Shown here one piece after another: positions 57,968-64,000 of a stretch of DNA of 64,000 nt. How positions within the stretch are numbered: position 1 is the first letter of the stretch; every line of letters begins with the position of its first letter. The stretch is from Roseomonas sp. (GTDB taxonomy: Bacteria > Pseudomonadota > Alphaproteobacteria > Acetobacterales > Acetobacteraceae): the NCBI GenBank assembly GCA_044356015.1, contig JBIKXA010000002.1, positions 173-64,172 on the forward strand. The letters are read 5' to 3'. The notes below the pieces were generated by a model. It was not told where the DNA came from, made no database searches, and was given only the letters and a program-made list of their open reading frames with translations. A program made the position numbers and the translations under genes.

Positions 57968-58735
57968 TCATTCCGCTACGCGGTAGACGGTGTAGGAGCC
58001 TTTTGCGCCCTGCTTGTTTGGCCCCACTTGCCGAATGCGCTCGGCAATCTCCACCGTGATGCCCTGGCGCTTTTTCAGCCCGGCGAAAAACCCGCGCACC
58101 GTATGCTGCGCCCAGCCGGTGGCCTCGGCAATTTGCGCCACCGTCGCGCCCTCAGGGCGGCGGAGCATTGCAAGCACCACTTCTTGCTTCGTGCCCTCGC
58201 GTGGCTTGCGTGGCGCGCCCGTGGCGCGCGTGCTGCGGCGTGAGAGCGCGTTGCGCAGCATGTCCATCGCGCGCGTGATCGGGTCTTTATCCGCGTTGGC
58301 CGGTGGCGTTTCTTCCCAAGCAGCCAGCAAGCGCTCGGCGGCTTCGCGCAGGTTCACGCTTCCCATGTTGGGCGCCTCGGGCGCGGCCTGGGCGGGTTGT
58401 TCCGCCACCGCGTCGTCCTGCTGCGGTGTCTTGTTGTCTCCGCCCTGTGGCGCCGTGTCTGGCACCGCGCGCCCCTCATTAGGGTCAATGCCAATGGCGC
58501 GCAGCCCTTCATCCGTCACCTGGATCAGGATCGGCGTGCCATCGCCATCCTTGCGCCACACCATCGCCAATTGATCGCGCGGCGCAGCCACCTCAATCAG
58601 CAGGCGGCTTTTGATCAGGCTGTTGACCACCGCGCGGCAGGCAGCGACTGGCAAATGCTTCGGCGCAATCGCCAGCAATTGCGGGTGCTGCGCGCCATGG
58701 CTCAATACAATCCGCTGCGTGTCAGAAAGCTTCAT
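57968..58735 (-). CDS. DUF3489-domain protein
   Basis: MKLSDTQRIVLS and GTKQEVVLAMLRRPEGATVAQIAEATGWAQHTVRGFFAG. Confidence 0.85.
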   Translation of the reverse strand: MKLSDTQRIVLSHGAQHPQLLAIAPKHLPVAACRAVVNSLIKSRLLIEVAAPRDQLAMVWRKDGDGTPILIQVTDEGLRAIGIDPNEGRAVPDTAPQGGDNKTPQQDDAVAEQPAQAAPEAPNMGSVNLREAAERLLAAWEETPPANADKDPITRAMDMLRNALSRRSTRATGAPRKPREGTKQEVVLAMLRRPEGATVAQIAEATGWAQHTVRGFFAGLKKRQGITVEIAERIRQVGPNKQGAKGSYTVYRVAE

Positions 58736-58841
58736 CGTCTTCGTCTCCGGTTGCGGGCGCCGACCATCGGCCCCTACTGCCGGGAGCCCCGCGGGCGGAC
58801 CCTGCGGGGCAGTGCGGCGCCGCCTCGCGGCGGGCTGCGCT

Positions 58842-59198
58842 TCAATCCTGCGCTTCGGCGGCGATGCCTTCGTTGATCACGAAGCCCGTCAGGTAGGGCA
58901 GGCCGGCGGGGATGCCCGTCTCGCGGCTGGTGCGTTGCGTGATGCGCCAGCCCATCCATTCCGCGGTGGTTTTCGCGATGGCATCCGCCAGGCTCGCGCC
59001 GTGATGCATCTGGCTGTTCACCCCATCCGCGAAGTGGCGCCCGTAGCGGCTGTCGAGGAAGGCGCGGACCGAGGCGGGATCCGTGCTGGTCGCGTTGTGG
59101 ATCGCGGTGAAAGCAATCGGCCAAGCTTGCTGCGCGTGTTCGCGCATGGTGCCCCAGAAACCCCAGTCTTGGTTTTCGGTGGGAAGGATCGTGGTCAT
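58842..59198 (-). CDS. Prophage hypothetical protein
   Basis: TENQDWGFWGTM...VRAFLDSRYGRHFAD...TGIPAGLPYLTGFV; GGAGA RBS. Confidence 0.7.
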   Translation of the reverse strand: MTTILPTENQDWGFWGTMREHAQQAWPIAFTAIHNATSTDPASVRAFLDSRYGRHFADGVNSQMHHGASLADAIAKTTAEWMGWRITQRTSRETGIPAGLPYLTGFVINEGIAAEAQD

Positions 59199-59234
59199 CT
59201 GTTTGTCTCCGTCATCGGCGGGGGAAATCCCTGC

Positions 59235-59275
59235 GCGTGACAGACCATTCGCGCTGTGATGGGGGCTGAGCCAAG
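59235..59275 (-). promoter_or_regulatory. Conserved upstream element (copy 2 of 2)
   Basis: Homologous to 57857-57896. Confidence 0.6.
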
Positions 59276-59971
59276 CGAAATAGAGCGTTATTTCATTGCT
59301 ATGTTCAGCAGGGTTTGATCATGATGTGAGGGCCAAATGGCAGCACCATTCGGCCCTCGCATTCTCTTATCGACTGCGCTTTGCGATTTCGAGGCAAAGC
59401 TGATCTGTTGGCCTCGACCACCCTTCAAGCCATTCAGACAGGGCAGTGTGGCCGGAGATGCCTGGCTATCGCGCCAACCTGGTGCCGATATCGCCAAAAG
59501 GTGATAAGGTTCCTTGCGTTTAGCCCCTCCAATATGCTGGAAATTCTCAGTCATTGAAGCGACTGGGGCCTCGCCGCGAGCCTCCAACGGGCGGTGCTCA
59601 GACGTGGCAATTTGCCGAGTGATGAGGCAGCCATAAAGCAGTAATATTTACCTGCAACAGAGCGACAGAAGAACGATGAAAGCTGCCTCGCGCCTTGTGC
59701 GAGGCCAAAATCCGATTTGCTATCCTGTTCGACGATAAGACATGGTTTAAGGGGCGAAACCGACCGGCACACAAAGTTTCCGATACCTCCCTTGACGCGT
59801 AACGCTTTACCAGTTTAGCTTTTGATTTGAATTTTGCCGTCTGGTCATCAGGAATCGCTCTGCGTAATTCTTTGTTCGTCTGTTTCAGTCCAGCGAGCGA
59901 TTTCACTTGGCTTTTAAAATGAACCAATCAAGAACACCGGATAATCCGGCCACGCATGGGAGAAGAAACAC

Positions 59972-60961
59972 ATGGATCGCTTTACTCGACGCAACCTGTT
60001 TGTCGCCTCTGGCGCTGGGCTTGCCGCCGGCCTAGCCGCGCCCGCGTTCGCGCAAGCGCGTTATCCCAGCCGCCCAGTCCAGATGATTGTGCCCTGGGGC
60101 GCTGGTGGCGGTACGGATGCCACCGCCCGCATCGTTGCCAGCCTGCTTGAACGCGACCTTGGGCAACCCTTCAATGTCGTCAACCGTACCGGTGGCTCTG
60201 GCGTGGTGGGGCATAGCGCCATCGCGACCGGGGCGGCTGATGGCTATACCATCGGCATGATCACGGTTGAGATCACCATGATGCATTGGCAGGGCCTGAC
60301 CGACCTCAAGCCGACCAGCTATACGCCGCTTGCGCTGATGAACTCTGACCCGCCCGGCGTGACTGTTGCGCAGAACGCCCCCTTCGCCGATATCCGTGCC
60401 TTGGCTGAGGCAATCCGTTCGCGTCCGCCCGGGAGTTTCCGCGCCTCTGGCACGGGCCAGGGCGGCATCTGGCATTTGGCGCTGGTTGGCTGGCTGCAGG
60501 CCATGGGCCTGCGCGGTGATCATGTTCGTTGGGTACCTTCGAACGGTGCGGCGCCAGCCATGCAGGAACTCGCCGCTGGCGGGGTGGATATCGTCACCTG
60601 CTCAATCCCCGAAGCGCGCGCGATGATTGATGCGAACCGCGCCCGCGCACTCGCCATCATGGCGCCGGCGCGGAACCCGATGTTCGCGCAAGTGCCCACA
60701 CTGAATGAAACACTCGGCATCAATTATTCGGTTGGTGCCTGGCGCGGCATTGCCGGGCCGCGCAATATGCCGGCCGAAATCGCGAATACGCTCGGTGCCG
60801 CACTGAAGCGCGCCTTTGACAATCGCGAATTCCAGGATTTCATGGCCTCACGCGGCTTTGGCACAGTCTGGGGTGATGCGGCGCAATTCGCTGCCTTCAT
60901 GGCGCAGAGCGATACCTCCATGGGCGAGGCGATGCGGGGCGCCGGCCTGGCGCGTGGCTGA
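59972..60961 (+). CDS. tctC: Tripartite tricarboxylate transporter receptor
   Basis: TRRNLF, PWGAGGGTD, NRTGGSG, VPSNGAAPA, VPTL. Confidence 0.9.
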   Translation: MDRFTRRNLFVASGAGLAAGLAAPAFAQARYPSRPVQMIVPWGAGGGTDATARIVASLLERDLGQPFNVVNRTGGSGVVGHSAIATGAADGYTIGMITVEITMMHWQGLTDLKPTSYTPLALMNSDPPGVTVAQNAPFADIRALAEAIRSRPPGSFRASGTGQGGIWHLALVGWLQAMGLRGDHVRWVPSNGAAPAMQELAAGGVDIVTCSIPEARAMIDANRARALAIMAPARNPMFAQVPTLNETLGINYSVGAWRGIAGPRNMPAEIANTLGAALKRAFDNREFQDFMASRGFGTVWGDAAQFAAFMAQSDTSMGEAMRGAGLARG

Positions 60962-60984
60962 TCGCTGACCTGGGGAGCGATGCG

Positions 60985-61449
60985 TTGCGTCTGAACGATG
61001 CGCTCCTTGGCGCTCTCCTGATTGGCTTTGCCGGCTGGGTCTGGTGGCTGACGGGGTTTTTTCCGCGCTTTCCCGGCCAGGATTACGGGCCAAATCTCTT
61101 TCCACGTATTCTTGCGGCGGGGATCGGTCTTTGTGGCTTGGCGCTGGTGTTACGCGGCCTGCGCGCGCGCGGGCCGCTGATCAGCCTTGAAGATTGGGTG
61201 CGCGATCCCGCCCGCCTATTATCCTTCCTGCTTATGCCGGGCGCGATCTTGTTCTATATTTTCGTCTCGGGCTGGCTTGGCTTCATCCCGACCGCTTTTG
61301 TGCTGCTTTTCGCGTTGTTCCTGTGGTTTCGCGCGCGACCGGTAGTGGCGCTGCCGGTTGCGGCGGGAATGACGCTGCTGATGCATTGGCTATTCGCTGG
61401 GCTGATGCGTGTGCCGCTGCCGCGCGGCCTGATGGAAAGCTTCTTGTGA
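60985..61449 (+). CDS. tctB: Tripartite tricarboxylate transporter small membrane subunit
   Basis: Four hydrophobic segments, GPNLFPRIL, LGFIP, LPRG; lies between tctC and tctA. Confidence 0.87.
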   Translation: MRLNDALLGALLIGFAGWVWWLTGFFPRFPGQDYGPNLFPRILAAGIGLCGLALVLRGLRARGPLISLEDWVRDPARLLSFLLMPGAILFYIFVSGWLGFIPTAFVLLFALFLWFRARPVVALPVAAGMTLLMHWLFAGLMRVPLPRGLMESFL

Positions 61450-61459
61450 GGTCCCTTCC

Positions 61460-62956
61460 ATGGAACCGCTGATCCAGGCCTTCGGTCTTGTTTTTGATCC
61501 CTTTGTCCTGGCGGTGATTGCTGTCTCGGCGGTATTCGGCGTGTTTGTCGGCGCGATGCCAGGGCTCACCGCCACCATGGCGACAGCATTGCTGGTGCCG
61601 GTGACCTTCTTCATGCCACCAGTGCCCGCGCTTGGCGCGATTGTCACTGCGACGACCATGGCGATTTTCGCCGGCGATATTCCAGCGGCGATGCTTCGCA
61701 TGCCGGGCACGCCAGCCTCAGCCGCCTATACCGATGAATCCTACGCCATGACCCAAAAGGGCCAGTTGAACCTGAATATGGGGGTCAATCTGGTCTTCTC
61801 GGTAGCGGGTGGCCTGATTGGCGTTGCAGTGCTGATCGCAGCCGCGCCGGCGCTCGCGGAAGTCGCACTGAATTTTTCGTCCTTCGAGTATTTCTGGCTT
61901 GCCTGCCTGGGCCTGACCTGCGCGGTGTTTCTCACCAATGCCGATCCGGTGAAGGGCTTCCTCAGTCTTTTCATCGGCCTGTTGCTGGCGACCATCGGCA
62001 TTGATCCTTCCGCAGGTTTTCCGCGCTTCACCTTTGGCGAGGTGGAGCTGATGCAGGGTGTGAATTTCATCGCGACGATGATCGGCGTATTTGCAGTGAG
62101 CGAATTGCTGCGCGGCGCTACCTCCCTGCGCGATACGGGTCAGGTTATTGTGCAGCAGGTCGGCAATATGTTCCGTGGCCTGGGTGAGGTTGCGCGGCGC
62201 TACTGGTTCAATTTCCTGCGTGGGAGTGCAATTGGCACGGTGATTGGCGCGCTGCCAGGCGCGGGTGCCGATATCGCGGCCTGGATCAGCTATGCTGTTT
62301 CCAAGCGCTTTTCGAAGGAGCCGGAGAAATTCGGCACCGGCCATGTTGAGGGGATTGTGGACAGTACCTCGGCGAATAATTCGGCGCTTGGCGGTGCCTG
62401 GATACCGGCCCTTGTCTTTGGCATTCCCGGAGATTCCATCACGGCCATTGTCATTGGCGTGCTTTACATGAAGGGTATGAACCCAGGCCCGACGGTATTC
62501 ACCGAAAACCCACAGCTGATCTACGCCGTCTTCCTGATTTTCATCCTGGCCAATCTGATCATGCTGCCGCTTGGCTGGGCCGCGATCAAAAGCGCGCGCC
62601 AGGTGCTGCGCACGCCGCGCAATATCCTGCTGCCGGTCATTCTATTGTTCTGCATCGTGGGCAGCTTCGCTATGACGAACAGCCTTTATGGCGTTGCGAT
62701 CATGCTGGTGATGGGGCTGTTTGGCTGGTTCCTGGAAAGCCACGGCATCCCTGTAGCGCCGCTGATCCTGGGCCTGGTGCTTGGCGAAATGCTGGAACAG
62801 ACTTTTGTGCAGAACATGATCAAGACAGATGGTGATTTCATCGCCTTCTTTGGTCGGCCCATTGGGGGGGCGCTTGGCATTGCGACGGTGCTGATCTGGG
62901 CGATCATGATCCTGCGCGTGCTGCGCCCGACGCGGCGGGGCGCCATGCGTGGCTAA
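61460..62956 (+). CDS. tctA: Tripartite tricarboxylate transporter large membrane subunit
   Basis: GAMPGLTATMA, MPGTPASAA, IGALPGAGADIA, ANNSALGG, GIPGD. Confidence 0.93.
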   Translation: MEPLIQAFGLVFDPFVLAVIAVSAVFGVFVGAMPGLTATMATALLVPVTFFMPPVPALGAIVTATTMAIFAGDIPAAMLRMPGTPASAAYTDESYAMTQKGQLNLNMGVNLVFSVAGGLIGVAVLIAAAPALAEVALNFSSFEYFWLACLGLTCAVFLTNADPVKGFLSLFIGLLLATIGIDPSAGFPRFTFGEVELMQGVNFIATMIGVFAVSELLRGATSLRDTGQVIVQQVGNMFRGLGEVARRYWFNFLRGSAIGTVIGALPGAGADIAAWISYAVSKRFSKEPEKFGTGHVEGIVDSTSANNSALGGAWIPALVFGIPGDSITAIVIGVLYMKGMNPGPTVFTENPQLIYAVFLIFILANLIMLPLGWAAIKSARQVLRTPRNILLPVILLFCIVGSFAMTNSLYGVAIMLVMGLFGWFLESHGIPVAPLILGLVLGEMLEQTFVQNMIKTDGDFIAFFGRPIGGALGIATVLIWAIMILRVLRPTRRGAMRG

Positions 62957-63009
62957 GGTGGAGTGATCGCGCGGAGTTGGATCCGCTCGGCCATCCAGGG
63001 AAGCGTCAT
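62953..63009 (-). pseudogene. 18-codon stub of a probable ParB-like/DNA methyltransferase gene
   Basis: MTLPWMAERIQLRAITPP*; its stop overlaps the tctA stop. The N-terminus resembles prophage ParB-methylases as recalled. Confidence 0.45.
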
Positions 63010-63058
63010 TGGGGATATCCGGGAAGGGTTGGACGGGGATGCGCGGCGCGATGCGCTG

Positions 63059-63200
63059 AGGTTTGCACCTAAGCTGCTGAAATCACGCTGAAAGGGTGCA
63101 AACCATGCGAGGGTTGGGTGCAAACCAGGTGCAAACCTGAGGGCCCTGGGTTTGCACCTAAGTCATTGAATTCACGTCGCTATGGTGCAAACTGCAACCC
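63059..63200. repeat. GGTGCAAACC repeat cluster (6 copies, both orientations)
   Basis: Inverted at 63060 and 63149 (both GGTTTGCACCTAAG); direct at 63095, 63117, 63128 and 63184. Confidence 0.85.
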
Positions 63201-63519
63201 ATATTTTTATTCTGACGCTAGAGAGGTCGGGCGCGTCTGCTCCCCGCATACAATATCGCCAGGAAGGAACCATGAGGTCAAAAGCCACAGTGGCTGATCA
63301 TCTGCAGAATGGCTGACGAGCCACTATGCTCGACGCGCCTTCTCGACGATTCATCATCATAGCAAACTCGATTTGCGCGCCGCAATGGGGAGAATTGTAA
63401 CACAGCATCAGCACGACAATTCCCCCGATTGCGCAGCACTTCAGGCCGCGCGTGAACTTGGCTGAAAGTCGAAGAGGCTCCGCATTGCAAAAGATGAAGG
63501 ATCGCTGCCCATACACGGC

Positions 63520-63831
63520 GGGTCCGGGTTGATCTGGAACTGGGGCCGACTTGGGTCCGGGTTTGCCGCGTAAAAAAACCAGGGATATCGGCCATGGGTC
63601 CGGGTGGTCCGGGTGGGTCCAGGTTTTTGCCCAACACCTCTTATACCCCCGTAATGCCTACCCCATGTCACGTGCATGTCGCGCGTAATGATTTTATGGG
63701 CTGATACGAAAGAGAAAATGAGATACCCGGACCACCCGGACCCACCCGGACCCAGCCAGCATTTTCGCGGCTCTTGCGGTACCGAGAGACCCTGACCCTG
63801 ACCTGGACCCACCCAATCAGACCCGGACCCA
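63520..63831. repeat. Inverted clusters of GGTCCGGG iteron-like repeats
   Basis: Five GGTCCRGG on + (63520-63623) and five reverse complements (63726-63831) around a ~100-bp spacer. Confidence 0.85.
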
Positions 63832-64000
63832 CGACGCGGCCGGCTCACGGCTGACGCCCCGAGGTGGGCTGTCGCCGATAACGGCGTTCGCGTCTCGCCT
63901 GCGGGCCGTGCCCACCCTTGCGCGAGCGACAAAGCTTGAAGCCCATGCTGACGAGGCTACGGACAACGCGGTTCTGGTCAGCCTGGGTCCAGCGCGCCTT

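Larger units (their letters stand above)
30357..64000 (-). mobile_element. Eroded prophage-like element(s) interleaved with metabolic cassettes
   Basis: All phage-like remnants (repeat blocks, methylase stub, DUF3489, terS-like, tail fragments) are on the minus strand in plausible phage order, separated by intact transporter/catabolic blocks; no capsid, portal or integrase gene seen. Confidence 0.65.

Noticed and set aside
59340-59930. ORFs 59288-59587 and 59598-59927 as a regulator of tctCBA
   Set aside because: No recognisable HTH or effector motif in any frame; treated as degenerate sequence.
63059-63831. CRISPR array
   Set aside because: Repeats are 8-14 bp, irregularly spaced and in both orientations; no cas genes.
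63278-63932. ORFs 63278-63637 and 63441-63932
   Set aside because: Pro/Gly/Thr-rich translations arise from the GGTCCGGG repeats; no RBS or family signature.
1-64000. rRNA or tRNA genes
   Set aside because: No conserved rRNA segments or cloverleaf/T-loop signatures found by eye; a tRNAscan-SE/Infernal run would be decisive.

Overview
GC-rich alphaproteobacterial DNA; the protein style and many Bug/TctC receptors suggest an Acetobacteraceae/Roseomonas-like host (inference, no search run). The first ~15.8 kb looks like backbone: a polyamine cluster (agmatinase, ornithine decarboxylase, homospermidine synthase) and an organophosphorus-scavenging cluster (NPP-family hydrolase, Opp/Dpp-type ABC system with three tandem binding proteins, PehA-like phosphonate monoester hydrolase). 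From ~16.1 kb to the window end is a mosaic accessory region. It holds IS3 and IS5 relics, a Phd/PemK-like toxin-antitoxin pair, a SARP/BTAD-STAND signalling module (DUF4242, methyltransferase, cupin, MFS) and the eroded skeleton of prophage-like DNA. That skeleton comprises inverted iteron-like repeats, a GGTGCAAACC array, a methylase stub, DUF3489, a small-terminase-like gene, a possible large-terminase stub, a tail-tube fragment and three diverged copies of one tail-region gene. Intact solute-uptake or catabolic cassettes sit between the phage remnants. Several cassette edges carry a conserved palindromic motif, GTCCRTCGTCAAATGATTTGA (4 copies). The best candidate for an undescribed system is this tail-gene/cassette array with its boundary motif, a possible prophage-derived gene-capture platform. 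No rRNA, tRNA or CRISPR array was seen. Family calls come from motifs read by eye.
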